Positions 21,534 through 31,992 of a stretch of DNA of 64,000 nucleotides are shown piece by piece. This stretch comes from Nitrosopumilus sp. (GTDB lineage: Archaea; Thermoproteota; Nitrososphaeria; Nitrososphaerales; Nitrosopumilaceae): positions 1,632,001-1,696,000 of the forward strand of contig OZ245003.1 of the NCBI GenBank assembly GCA_965223425.1, in the 5' to 3' direction. A program made the position numbers and the translations under genes. A model generated the notes under the pieces. That model saw only the letters and a program-made list of their open reading frames with translations. It was not told where the DNA came from and searched no databases. Positions within the stretch are counted from its first letter, which is position 1. Each line of letters starts with the position of its first letter.

Positions 21534-22253
21534 GTGAAACCAAAACTTGACATTCCACAGTCAAAGGAGATTCTTTCAGAGGCGATAGAACACATAACAA
21601 ATGACACTCCAGAAAAGATGAAGCCAGAGTTTATCCGAGTCAACTTTTCAGACATGACGGAGCTTCTCTTTGATGAATCATACAGGATATATCTGGATTA
21701 TGAAAACAAAACAATCCAAAAACTGACCGATGATACGCTAAACAAGATAGACAAAGACACCCTCACAAAATCAGAGGTAAAAGCCATCATATCAAAGATA
21801 TCAAAAGATGTAATTTTACTTCAAAAAAGTCTCCAACAGTCAAGATTTGCAAGGGCAGGAAAGGCCTTTGAAATCATAGTGGAAGAATTGCTGTCAATTA
21901 TAGGAATAACTGGAGAGCATATCACAAGAGAGGACAAGAAAAGCGGATTAAGACCGATAGACTTTGTGATCCCAGACAGAGAGACTGCCATATCAAGACC
22001 AGACAAGGCACATTTTCTTTCATTAAAGACATCACTAAAGGATCGTTGGAAGCTTGTTGTAGAAGACCAGACACACGGACAACGGACACACCTAATCACA
22101 TTGCTACAGGGCGAGAAGCTTACAAATGCAGTTGCAGAGAAGATAATAAACCGAGGAATATTCATCTACATACCAGACAAGATCAAGGAGGACTGTTTTC
22201 CAGACAACAATCGTGTAAGGAAATTATCAAGTCTGCCATCAAATGTAAGCTAG
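21534..22253 (+). CDS. Type II restriction endonuclease, EcoRII C-terminal-like
   Basis: QSRFARAGKAFE, PIDFVIP, LSLKTSLKDRWK; GTG start 29 nt after TTTATA. Confidence 0.8.
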   Translation: MKPKLDIPQSKEILSEAIEHITNDTPEKMKPEFIRVNFSDMTELLFDESYRIYLDYENKTIQKLTDDTLNKIDKDTLTKSEVKAIISKISKDVILLQKSLQQSRFARAGKAFEIIVEELLSIIGITGEHITREDKKSGLRPIDFVIPDRETAISRPDKAHFLSLKTSLKDRWKLVVEDQTHGQRTHLITLLQGEKLTNAVAEKIINRGIFIYIPDKIKEDCFPDNNRVRKLSSLPSNVS

Positions 22254-22309
22254 AGAGCAACCAAAGGCTTTTTTAATTTTTATATAATCGTAATTTTGTA
22301 TGATGTGTA

Positions 22310-22891
22310 ATGAAGGTCCTTGTAGCCTGTGAGTTTTCTGGCATAGTCAGAGAGGCCTTTCGAAAAAAGGGACATGACGTGACAAGCTGTGACATGCTTG
22401 ATTCTGAAATTCCTGGCAAACACTACAAGGGTGATGTTCGGGATCTGCTTGACAAAAAATGGGATCTAATGATTGCCCATCCGCCATGCACACATCTGGC
22501 CGTATCAGGTGCAAAATGGTTCAAGGACAAAAAGAAGGAACAAAAGGAAGCCCTCGATTTTGTTTCCGAACTGATGAATTGCGACATACCACGAATTGCA
22601 ATAGAGAATCCAATATCTGTAATCTCTACAAAAATAAGAAAGCCTGATCAGATTATCCAGCCTTGGCAGTTCGGGCATGGTGAGACAAAGGCCACCTGTT
22701 TTTGGCTGAAGAACCTACCAAAGCTAAAGCCTACAAAAATAGTAGAGGGAAGGGAACAGCGTGTGTTCCGTACCCCACCCTCACCTGACAGATGGAAGAT
22801 TCGAAGTAGGACGTTTGAAGGAATAGCCAAAGCCATGTCTAGGCAGTGGGGCAAAGAAAACATCCCACTCCAGACGGTGCTTCATTCTTAA
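22310..22891 (+). CDS. Short phage-type DNA cytosine methyltransferase-like protein
   Basis: KVLVACEFSG, IAHPPCTHL, IENP, QPWQFGH, RSRTFEGIAKAM..QWG. Confidence 0.75.
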   Translation: MKVLVACEFSGIVREAFRKKGHDVTSCDMLDSEIPGKHYKGDVRDLLDKKWDLMIAHPPCTHLAVSGAKWFKDKKKEQKEALDFVSELMNCDIPRIAIENPISVISTKIRKPDQIIQPWQFGHGETKATCFWLKNLPKLKPTKIVEGREQRVFRTPPSPDRWKIRSRTFEGIAKAMSRQWGKENIPLQTVLHS

Positions 22892-22997
22892 CTGTAAATG
22901 CTTTTTCCAGAGATTTTTTGTTTGGCATTACTTTACAAGCTCCAAAATTATCTGACCTGTCTTAACGTCTAATGTCCATCTTATTTTATGTTCAGTT

Positions 22998-23606
22998 GTG
23001 ATTTCTAGCATTTCAGCTATGTCTTTTGGAATTGCGCATCTTGCAATAGGATTGATCGAGTACCGCATGAAAGAAGCGTTTGGCGTAAGGCCGGAGGTAA
23101 AAGGAGTGCCAACAACATTGGAATCTGCAAAAAAACTTGCCTATTTGGACAAGTACCAGTTTGAAGCATGGGCTGTCACAAGGATAGACGGAATAATGCC
23201 AAATCAGAAAAAGGGAAAGGACAGGGGAATTGACGGCAGGGGATACATACATGTTGGTTCAGACTCAAAAGGCAACCCCAAATACGAAAGGATAATTGTT
23301 TCAGTAAAGGGCGGTCAGCATATAGGGCCTGCAATGATACGTGACTTGGAGGGTACAGTTGAAAGGGAGAAGGCGGGATTTGGAATATTCATTTGCATCA
23401 AAGAACCCACATCTGAAATGAAGAAGGAGGCCGCATCAGGTGAAATGTTTGAGACGCCTATTGGCACAAAGCATCCGAGAATCCAGATATACACAATCAA
23501 GGATTACTTTGATGGTAAGATGCCAGATCTTCCACAGATAAGCAATATAATGCAAGTTCCAAAACCTGAGCAGAAAAAGAAGGCGGGAACACAAACCACG
23601 CTTTAG
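22998..23606 (+). pseudogene. C-terminal fragment of an MTase-Mrr restriction endonuclease fusion
   Basis: YQFEAWA, DRGIDG, IVSVKGG; begins with the tail of an MTase domain whose core is missing. Confidence 0.65.
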
Positions 23607-23753
23607 ATAAATTTTGAATCTGGAGAAGATCGATATTTCATACCTATATTACTACAACTTGACAGAACCCCTGGCAGAACTATTTTTAAACAAGTTATTA
23701 AAAATAGATAATGCAGTGAAAATTAATCTCATTTTAATCAGGAGAATTTCTCT

Positions 23754-24833
23754 TTGAACATTATGATTATCGCAGGGGGCGGTGCCGCCGTAGCCGTGGC
23801 AATTATCGCAGCCGTACTGCTCGGTGGCGGGATAGGGCCCGATCTGGATAGAATCATAGAGACAAACGACTGCGATGCCGCCCTGGCACTCGTCGAGAGT
23901 GATTTAGAATCTGCCACTGCTGGACAGCAGCTATCACTGGGTGCATTGATTGTATCCTGCTCTTTTTTTGGGACACCGGATGACGATAAAAAAGACGTGG
24001 AATCGTAAATACGGAAAGAGGACGAAATCAAACAGGAGGAGGCAAGGATTGCAGATGTGGCAGATATCAAGACCCGGCAATGCAGCGAACTGCACGTCCG
24101 TGGATTATCAACCCATAATGAACCTGCACTAGAAAGATCTGCCATGTGGCTTGATTATGACAAAAACCTTGACATGATTAAAGAAGAAGATCCGTTTGAG
24201 TTTAAGGAACATTACAAGGCAATAGATGATGCATTATGTACCGATGATGATTTAGATCAGGAGGCATACAACAGACTAGAGAATTTTAGGAAAGGACTGA
24301 AAGAACTGCGCATGACTTCATGCAATACCCTGACTAGTGAATATGTTGTGTTGAAGGAATCCGTACTGATGGATTCAGATACATATAGAAAATATGTCTC
24401 TGGGATCAATAAGGCAAAGGACGGCAACGTACTGCTGATTGAAAATTTGAAGAAGACTTGTGACATTTCATTGGAAAAAATTAAAGACAGCAGGTATCTT
24501 ACAAAGGAAACATACAACACATACCATGCCAACTCAAATGCCATAGAAGACAGAAGAGTTGACGATTGTAATCGCTATGCCAATGAATATGGCGATATTT
24601 GGCTGTTCATAATAGAAAACTCATCCACCAAAAAAGAATGGAGTGAACATAACAAAATGACGCGGGAAGATCGAATGAAGTTAATCGATGATGCTGATTA
24701 TGCATGTGATTTAAATTCCAACCCATTCAGAACTGGGATCTGGAAAGATAATGACTATACTGATGAAACCGCAGAAAAAATGCATCAAATTAATGTAGAT
24801 CGTTCTATATATGACAATCTGCCAAATGAATGA
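23754..24833 (+). pseudogene. Membrane-anchored hypothetical protein interrupted by one in-frame TAA (24006-24008)
   Basis: ORFs 23754-24008 and 24057-24833 share a frame and the intervening codons are open. Confidence 0.6.
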
Positions 24834-24870
24834 AAAATAGTGAGATGATAGATTCCAGTTGTGGCAATGT

Positions 24871-26239
24871 CAGTAGTTCCCAGATGTAGATTTGTGCCCA
24901 GATGTAGGTTTATGCCCAGATGCCGGTGCGTTACCGCATAACTGCAATGCAAAGATCCAGATTAGGCTACGGCGTGCAATATGTCATGAAAGTCGAATTA
25001 CATGACGAACTGATCGCACGCCAGTACAATATAACATCAAACCGGTTTAAAATCCTGCGCTCGTCGTTTCAAAAGCTTGGCATGCCAATGTCTGAGAGGC
25101 ACAACGCCGTATACGGATGCAATGACATACTGGACGTGCTAATCAAGGCGTCTGAGAGAAACACGTTTGTAGAATCCCTCGTACGGCACAACAGGCTTCA
25201 AGACACGGGTGCACGTACGCCTGATGCAGACCTGGTCATGTCTGCAGTCCGTGGCGTCAAACCGGCAGACGTGCAGGCCTGGTGTGCAAGGACGCTGGCA
25301 CGCACGGTGCGGCACGCCCGCCATGCAGGAATGCTGCAGGACATCGACGCCATTGCAATAGACGTTACGGACATACCATACCATGGGGAGCAGCTGCAGG
25401 AGCATACAAGAAAGTCGCGTCCAAGGGCAGGAACATCCACGTTTCTCTCGTATGTCGCAGTGCACGGAGTCGGCAGGGACTCCTCGCAGATTGTCCTGGA
25501 ATCGAAGCTACTACCGGCAAAGGAAAAACTGGCCGATTTTATAGCCAAAACACGCACGAAAATCCTCAGAGGGGGCGCACACTCAAAGACTGTGTTCCTG
25601 TACGACCGCGCCTTTTACAACGTTGACTGCATGACAGAGGCAGGAAAGGGCGGGTGCCGCTACATTATGCCTGTCATCATGAACTCCAAGATCAAGAGGA
25701 TAGTCAAGATGTACAAGGACGGAAAGGCAAGCCAGGTATCGCAGCAGTCAATGACCAACAAAGACGGCGTAACTGTGACCTACAACCTTGTAATTGTCAA
25801 AAGAGACAGGAAGAAGAAGAAAAAGGGGGAGGGGGAAGAGGAGGGGGAGGAGCAATACATTGCGTTTGCAACAAACATTCCCATCAGGAGCGCCAGAGCC
25901 ATGACAGGCATCATACCGGAGCAGTACCGCAAGAGATGGGGCATCGAGACGGGGTTTCGCGTCATAAAGGAGATCATGGGCAGGACATGCAGCAACTCCC
26001 TGTCTGTGAGGCTGCTGATGTTTTACCTGCCGCTGCTGCTGTACAACCTGTGGAGGATTGCCAGGTTCTGCCTTGATGCGGGAAAGAGGCACGGAAGAGC
26101 GTCTTCTGCGGGAAAAAAACTCACCATGGCGTTGTTTATCGTGTACATTACAAGCAGAAACGAGTTGTTTGTCAATGATCGAGGCAAGTAGAACCGATGC
26201 CAGTTGCGGTTGCGGTAAATCTACATCTGGGAACTACTG
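24871..26239 (+). mobile_element. ISH3-like insertion sequence, 1369 bp
   Basis: Perfect 23-bp TIR CAGTAGTTCCCAGATGTAGATTT; 4-bp TSD ATGT (24867-24870 / 26240-26243). Confidence 0.9.
24920..26191 (+). CDS. DDE transposase (ISH3/IS4-like)
   Basis: IAIDVT, LYDRAFY, YRKRWGIETGFRVIK. Confidence 0.9.
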   Translation: MPVRYRITAMQRSRLGYGVQYVMKVELHDELIARQYNITSNRFKILRSSFQKLGMPMSERHNAVYGCNDILDVLIKASERNTFVESLVRHNRLQDTGARTPDADLVMSAVRGVKPADVQAWCARTLARTVRHARHAGMLQDIDAIAIDVTDIPYHGEQLQEHTRKSRPRAGTSTFLSYVAVHGVGRDSSQIVLESKLLPAKEKLADFIAKTRTKILRGGAHSKTVFLYDRAFYNVDCMTEAGKGGCRYIMPVIMNSKIKRIVKMYKDGKASQVSQQSMTNKDGVTVTYNLVIVKRDRKKKKKGEGEEEGEEQYIAFATNIPIRSARAMTGIIPEQYRKRWGIETGFRVIKEIMGRTCSNSLSVRLLMFYLPLLLYNLWRIARFCLDAGKRHGRASSAGKKLTMALFIVYITSRNELFVNDRGK

Positions 26240-26306
26240 ATGTCAATAATCCTGAATCATACCAAAAGGCAATATCCTTGGAACTAGAGTATTTCAAACG
26301 AAAAAA

Positions 26307-26768
26307 TCAGTACATAATCTGGACAAAGTCAAACCCCTCATCCCTGTTTGGCGGTTCGAGTTTTGCGTGGTGTGTGTCCAGGACCTTCCTGTCGAGCCTC
26401 CTGTGGCGTTTTTCATTTCTGGCGTAGGCCAGGGCCATGTTCTGGAAGAATATGCAGGATATTGCCGCCCCGTATCTTCTGCCGGTCTCAATGTGCCTTT
26501 TGCGTATGGGGCCGGTCAGATTGGTATCGTCGACTAGCACGTTCCGGTCCCTTGAGAGGGCGTCACATATGAGGACATTCTCCATCATTCTCTCCTCGCT
26601 CTCCCTTGTGCCGCATGGGACATACCTGTCCAGTATTGCTTTTCTGGCATTTTTTGGGATGTTTCTTATCCTGTCCAGTGAGACATGCACGTGATCGGGA
26701 AATGCGGTCCCTGCAAGCGTGGTTTTTCCGCTTCCTGCAATTCCAATCATGAGAATCAGCTCCATCAT
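26307..26768 (-). CDS. AAA_33 / polynucleotide-kinase-like P-loop kinase
   Basis: GIAGSGKTT, VLVDDTNL, ARNEKR, LEPP..DEGFD. Confidence 0.8.
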   Translation of the reverse strand: MMELILMIGIAGSGKTTLAGTAFPDHVHVSLDRIRNIPKNARKAILDRYVPCGTRESEERMMENVLICDALSRDRNVLVDDTNLTGPIRKRHIETGRRYGAAISCIFFQNMALAYARNEKRHRRLDRKVLDTHHAKLEPPNRDEGFDFVQIMY

Positions 26769-26869
26769 TTTGGAATGTTAGAATGGACAATATCAAGGAT
26801 GGGGCATTTTAATTCTGACTGGATGCCGTTCCCTCATATCTGTCTCAATACAACGCCTAAAGATACTCT

Positions 26870-29623
26870 GTGTTACAAATAATAATATTGGCAACGCTGA
26901 TAATTTCCGGACTGATCGCCACGGGCGTGGTTGTAAGCCACTCCATCACCACGTCATCTGATGCTGCGGAAATTTCGGCAGTTATTGACAACAAAAAGAC
27001 CTCGGAGAATATCGTTGCCAAGTTTGAGGGCGGTATCATCACCATGGAGAACCGGGGGCGGGACACCTCGGAGGTTGTGATGATGCGGTTCTATGACAAG
27101 GAGGGAACGGAGGTAAACAGGATGATTGTCCCTGACGGTTCCGGCCGCACTTTTGGAGCACACGTCGATGATAAAGAATCCCCAATTCCTCAGGAGAAGT
27201 CGGTACTGCGCCCACGTGTGCCACTTGAATTGCCTGATAACAAAGAATGGGATTCGGCGGAGGTTGTCACAAAGTACGGCAACGTGTTTCCGATTCAAAA
27301 AATTCAACATGATGATGATGGAGACGGAAAGGGTGGTGACGGAGATGGAGGTGGCGACGGAGACGGAGATGGTGACGGTGAGGGAGACAGCCCGGCCATG
27401 ATTGGCGGCATGTGGAATAACTCCAGGATAATCAATACAGAGTTTACAGATGCGTCCATAATTCACGGCACCGGCACAAGGGGAGCAGAGGAGTCGGCAA
27501 AGCCGTACATTCCAGTAGACGGCTCGACTGACTTTGCATCTCTGATAAAGTCATCTGACGGCAAGCAGACGTACAGCATCCCGGAGTTTTACAAAAAATA
27601 CAAGTTAGAGGGGGGGGATTTAATTGAAGAGACATCAAATTCGAACATCATTGTATACACAGACACTTTCAGCAACAGTGGCGTAAACGATATTAAGCAT
27701 ACTCTAAAGGATGGAATCACAGTATCGGGAACGGGAATGAGAACAATTAAAATAAATCACGTGGATGAAGCTGATTTTGTCTATAATGTAATGATGCCGG
27801 CCGGCGCATCCGTTGAACTTGTCGATTCACCAAACAATCTGGTCGAAAAAAGACATGACGGAACAGATTTCATCTTGTTTGAGGGTTCTGCGACGGGATC
27901 ACGGACAGATGAGAAAGTACATTATGAAGGATTTGTGGTTAACACCTGCGTTGAACGTTTGCCAGACGGTCGCTATCTCCATCCCCCCTTTGGTAATCTA
28001 ATAACACACGCTTGGATTCATCCATTAGTTTATTATAAAGTATATGAGTGTGGTGCGCACTATTTTCTCTTTTATGTTCATAAGGCACTTACTCCAATAA
28101 TACGGATAGATGATGTCTATGTGAAGGATTGGTACAGTGCCATACATGGAAATTTTTCAAGCACTGTAACGACTCCCAAGAGTACTGGCATAGGTAATTT
28201 TAGTAGTAGTGATTCTTGGACTGATATGATTTTCCAAGATGTTGGGACATATCCATATCCACCTCCATCAAAAAAATTATGGCCACCAGATATAGGAAGA
28301 GAAGCTCATGGTGAATATGATAAAATCACTAGTTTCTCACATGAATATATATTATACTTCCCTGAGCTGGACCCGTACGGCCAAGGGATTTTTGGTCATA
28401 CTGGTCATAAAGCTGTGGTCGCATTTGATATCATCATCAAAGAGGCAGAACCGTACAACTCCCTATTGAAACATACTGCATCCCAAGAAATGCGCTATAC
28501 AATGCCGGAAGGTGACTTGTACCTGATTGTGCAACCAAATGGCGGAGATGTCACAATCAAAGGTGCGATCAATCCATCCAACAATTTTATAGAAATCGCC
28601 GGACTGCCGCAAGACACACCATACAGGATAGTAAATGACGACAGGACAATAGCTGTAGGTATGACAAGCAGTTCAGGTAAGATTGCCGTCGAAGGCACAA
28701 TACCGGACCACTCATCCCTTGAAGGCGTGACACAGCTGCACCTGTACACGGACTCTTTGGTGTACAGTGGAGGGTTCGGCACAGTAATATTGGATGACCT
28801 GAATCACAACACACTCCGCATCGGCACGGAAGAGGATATCATATATACCGTGCACACGTACGCCCCTGTTCAGGTTGTCGGAAACGTGACAGTGTCAAAC
28901 CTGAAACTCGATGAAACCTTGCCAATCCCGTATCTTGACGGCGACTATTCCACGGGGGACGTGATCAACGTTCCGATAATTCCAGGATATGACGCGGTCC
29001 GTCTGGAAATTAACGGCAATCAGACACTGTGGCAATACTCCCACATATCAGGCGGGACGGGAATAAAAATAGCAGATTCATCCAGGTCCACAATCACCAA
29101 ATTAGACCTGTTTTCATCAATACATTCGGCCGAGGCAGTCACCGGTACAGTGGCGTATGCCATTGCCGCCGCAGATGGAACGCTAAAGGCGGAAATTACC
29201 GAGACAATTTCCGGCGACATTGAAATCAAAAACACATACAAATTGGAAAAGAACCCGCCACCTCCACCATCTCCAACAAAACGCGATCCGCTTGTGGGAT
29301 ACGTTGACATTTTTGTCAATCGCAAGAAAATAGATACAGAGAAACTTGGGACTAATCCAAATCCGGCATTTACTGCAACATCTACTAACAGTAGCCTGAC
29401 TGCCGTAAGGGGTGTGACATATACTTATCCCGATTACACATTGTCTGGTGCCGTCTCCGTTCCAGTCAAGGCCGGCGACCATGTAGAATTATACGTGTAT
29501 GCCAAGATTTACGGGGAAATTGACAGATATACAGTGCCTACAGGATACACGCTGCAGTCAAGTTATGGCGATTCGATAGCCACTGCCAAAATAACGTCCG
29601 CAAACATCACTACCGGAATGTAG
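26870..29623 (+). CDS. Large secreted pilin-like/adhesin protein
   Basis: N-terminal hydrophobic helix, GD-rich linker, beta-rich body; first gene of the pilus cluster. Confidence 0.55.
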   Translation: MLQIIILATLIISGLIATGVVVSHSITTSSDAAEISAVIDNKKTSENIVAKFEGGIITMENRGRDTSEVVMMRFYDKEGTEVNRMIVPDGSGRTFGAHVDDKESPIPQEKSVLRPRVPLELPDNKEWDSAEVVTKYGNVFPIQKIQHDDDGDGKGGDGDGGGDGDGDGDGEGDSPAMIGGMWNNSRIINTEFTDASIIHGTGTRGAEESAKPYIPVDGSTDFASLIKSSDGKQTYSIPEFYKKYKLEGGDLIEETSNSNIIVYTDTFSNSGVNDIKHTLKDGITVSGTGMRTIKINHVDEADFVYNVMMPAGASVELVDSPNNLVEKRHDGTDFILFEGSATGSRTDEKVHYEGFVVNTCVERLPDGRYLHPPFGNLITHAWIHPLVYYKVYECGAHYFLFYVHKALTPIIRIDDVYVKDWYSAIHGNFSSTVTTPKSTGIGNFSSSDSWTDMIFQDVGTYPYPPPSKKLWPPDIGREAHGEYDKITSFSHEYILYFPELDPYGQGIFGHTGHKAVVAFDIIIKEAEPYNSLLKHTASQEMRYTMPEGDLYLIVQPNGGDVTIKGAINPSNNFIEIAGLPQDTPYRIVNDDRTIAVGMTSSSGKIAVEGTIPDHSSLEGVTQLHLYTDSLVYSGGFGTVILDDLNHNTLRIGTEEDIIYTVHTYAPVQVVGNVTVSNLKLDETLPIPYLDGDYSTGDVINVPIIPGYDAVRLEINGNQTLWQYSHISGGTGIKIADSSRSTITKLDLFSSIHSAEAVTGTVAYAIAAADGTLKAEITETISGDIEIKNTYKLEKNPPPPPSPTKRDPLVGYVDIFVNRKKIDTEKLGTNPNPAFTATSTNSSLTAVRGVTYTYPDYTLSGAVSVPVKAGDHVELYVYAKIYGEIDRYTVPTGYTLQSSYGDSIATAKITSANITTGM

Positions 29624-29707
29624 ATACATATAGTCGCCATCCCATCACAAGATAACCCCCGCCAAATATGATTTCCCCCATTAAATACATCCCGCATACG
29701 AAATGGC

Positions 29708-30364
29708 ATGTATCTGGAACTGGCAATGCTTGCGCCGTTTGTCTTCTACTCCTGCCTTGACGTAAAAACCAGGAAGATAGGGCTCCACTGGTTTGTAATC
29801 CCATTCCTTGCAATTCTCATCTTCAAAATATTGACATCTGACATCACCATTACTGATGTAATGTTCTCAGCCATGCAGGCAGTGTTTGTTCTTGCGGCAT
29901 ATTTCACAAGGCTGTTCGGACCGGCAGACATGGCAGGAATGCTCCTGCTTTCCTTTGCAGTCCCGTTTGTAGGACCGTTCCCTGCGGCAGTCTCCGTGCT
30001 GGCACTCACCATAATTATCCAAAGTTTCGGAATAATCTCATCAAATATAATGTACAACCTGCAGGACATGTACCAGGACAGGACCCTATTCTACGACGTT
30101 CCACACCTCCAAAAGGCAAGGAGGATAAGGACCGTATACTGGTCTCTGATGGCCCGGCGCAGAAGGGAGAACGACAGATATGTGCTTTCGGCCCAAAGAA
30201 ATCAAAAGAACGGGGAGCTGCGCCTCGCACTCTCAAGAAAGAACACGGAGCTGTGTCACGATGACGACAAATACGTGTATTCGGCCCATCCGCAGTTTGT
30301 GTACATTACAGTGTCATATGCGCTCATCTTGTTTGTTGCGATGCAGTTCGGAGTCCTGATCTGA
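29708..30364 (+). CDS. Prepilin peptidase (A24, PibD/FlaK-like)
   Basis: SCLDVKTRKI and FGPAD aspartate motifs, multiple TM segments. Confidence 0.75.
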   Translation: MYLELAMLAPFVFYSCLDVKTRKIGLHWFVIPFLAILIFKILTSDITITDVMFSAMQAVFVLAAYFTRLFGPADMAGMLLLSFAVPFVGPFPAAVSVLALTIIIQSFGIISSNIMYNLQDMYQDRTLFYDVPHLQKARRIRTVYWSLMARRRRENDRYVLSAQRNQKNGELRLALSRKNTELCHDDDKYVYSAHPQFVYITVSYALILFVAMQFGVLI

Positions 30365-31992
30365 TGTTTGGCAAGAAAAATCCAAAGAAGAAGGACGCAG
30401 GCGATGCCAAGGGAACAAAGAAAAAATTCTCCATAAGATCCATATTCCCCAAAAAGAAAAAGGACGCAAAGGATGCTGCTGACACGCAAAAAAAGAAGCA
30501 CGATGAAAAGAAAACAGGATCCGAGCCGGCAAAAAAGCTGTCACTCTCATCAGTCATGATAGACGACGGATACCTGCAGCAGTACAAGGTGGGCGAGGCG
30601 ACAGTCACAATATCCAAGGACCTAAAGTACTGCGTATTTGAGCCGCAGTTTATCGGCCAGGGAAAGTCCGCATACGAGCAGATAATGGCATACAAGAGAT
30701 TCACATCCTCATATGCCGACGAGGGCGGCAAGGCAAACAGCCTGGACTCGCTAATGAAATCGGCGGAGACAGCAGCTGCCGACCTCGGATTCACAAGGGA
30801 GTACATTGAGAACTATCGCACGTTCCAATACTACATCAGACGCAACGTCTTTGGGTTTGATCTGCTTGATGTCCTGATGCATGATCCAAAGCTGGAGGAC
30901 ATCACATGTTCCGACTATCGTGGGACAGTCGGCGTGATACACCAGGACTATCTGGACCGCCACGTCCTGCGGACCACGATCCAGTTTGACTCCAAGGAGC
31001 ACATGGAGTCATGGATGGAGAGGCAGGCAAACAGGGCGCAAAAGCACATCTCGACTGCGACCCCCACAGTAGACATGCAGATTGCAAACAAGTACCGCAT
31101 GTCACTGATAGCAAACGACATCATCTCGCCGAACTCTCCGGCAATCTCAGTCAGGATAAAGTCATCAACGCCGATAACCATAACGCATCTGCTAAACCAG
31201 AGGGCCATATCCCCGGAGACAGTCGCAGTAATCTGGGCGCTGCTGGATGTGAGGGGGACTGGGATGATAGTGGGCGGAACAGGCTCCGGCAAGACAAGCA
31301 CGATTGGCTCACTGCTTCCGCTTGTAAGAAAAAACGCAAAGATACTCACAATCGAGGACACCGCCGAGCTCCTGGTGCCGCATGAGGACTGGCTGCCACT
31401 GATAGTTGATGCCCCGATATCTTCAGAGAGATACTTTGTCAAATTCGAGGAGGTGCTCAATGCCGCACTGCGGCAGCGCCCCTACATGATCTCAGTGGGA
31501 GAGGTGCGCGGCAAGTCCACAAAGATGCTCTTTGATGCAATATCCACCGGACACTCCTCGCTCTCCTCGTTCCACGCGTATTCGGCGGCAGGTGCGGTGC
31601 AGCGAATCCAGGGGGAGATGGGTGTTCCTGCCGGGTCATTTACGGACTTGGGATTCATTCTGTCCATGGCAGAAGTCGTGACAAAAACCGGGTCCCTGGA
31701 ACGCCGCTGCGTCTCCTTTGACGAGGTCGGTTCGGACGGCAAAACAGTCTCGCTGATCAACCTTGGAAGGTATGACGCAGTAACTGACTCGTTTGCAGAC
31801 AATTCCATAGACTATATCATTAAACACAGCAGGCGGCTGAGGATGGCGTCCGCACGCGACGCGTCAACTGACATAAGGTCTGATCTGGAAATGAGAATCG
31901 ACCTTCTGTCCGAATGCCAGAAACAAAAGGCAGAGACGCCGCAGAAAGTCATGGAGATACTCTCACGGTACTATGAAAAAAAACGTCAGTAA
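30364..31992 (+). CDS. Type IV pilus assembly ATPase (FlaI/PilB-like)
   Basis: GGTGSGKTS, TIEDTAEL, ALRQRP..VGEVRG, STGH..SSFHA. Confidence 0.9.
   Translation: MFGKKNPKKKDAGDAKGTKKKFSIRSIFPKKKKDAKDAADTQKKKHDEKKTGSEPAKKLSLSSVMIDDGYLQQYKVGEATVTISKDLKYCVFEPQFIGQGKSAYEQIMAYKRFTSSYADEGGKANSLDSLMKSAETAAADLGFTREYIENYRTFQYYIRRNVFGFDLLDVLMHDPKLEDITCSDYRGTVGVIHQDYLDRHVLRTTIQFDSKEHMESWMERQANRAQKHISTATPTVDMQIANKYRMSLIANDIISPNSPAISVRIKSSTPITITHLLNQRAISPETVAVIWALLDVRGTGMIVGGTGSGKTSTIGSLLPLVRKNAKILTIEDTAELLVPHEDWLPLIVDAPISSERYFVKFEEVLNAALRQRPYMISVGEVRGKSTKMLFDAISTGHSSLSSFHAYSAAGAVQRIQGEMGVPAGSFTDLGFILSMAEVVTKTGSLERRCVSFDEVGSDGKTVSLINLGRYDAVTDSFADNSIDYIIKHSRRLRMASARDASTDIRSDLEMRIDLLSECQKQKAETPQKVMEILSRYYEKKRQ

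Larger units (their letters stand above)
24835..26310 (+). pseudogene. IS-disrupted paralogue of the 17257-17490 gene
   Basis: Removing the IS and one TSD gives KNSEMIDSSCGNVNNPESYQKAISLELEYFK. Confidence 0.8.

Noticed and set aside
21140-23669. Discrete transposon bounded by GGTTCTGT..ACAGAACC
   Set aside because: IRs match only ~8 bp and no target-site duplication was seen
27310-27390. GGAGAC/GGTGAC-type repeats
   Set aside because: Low-complexity Gly-Asp linker within a CDS
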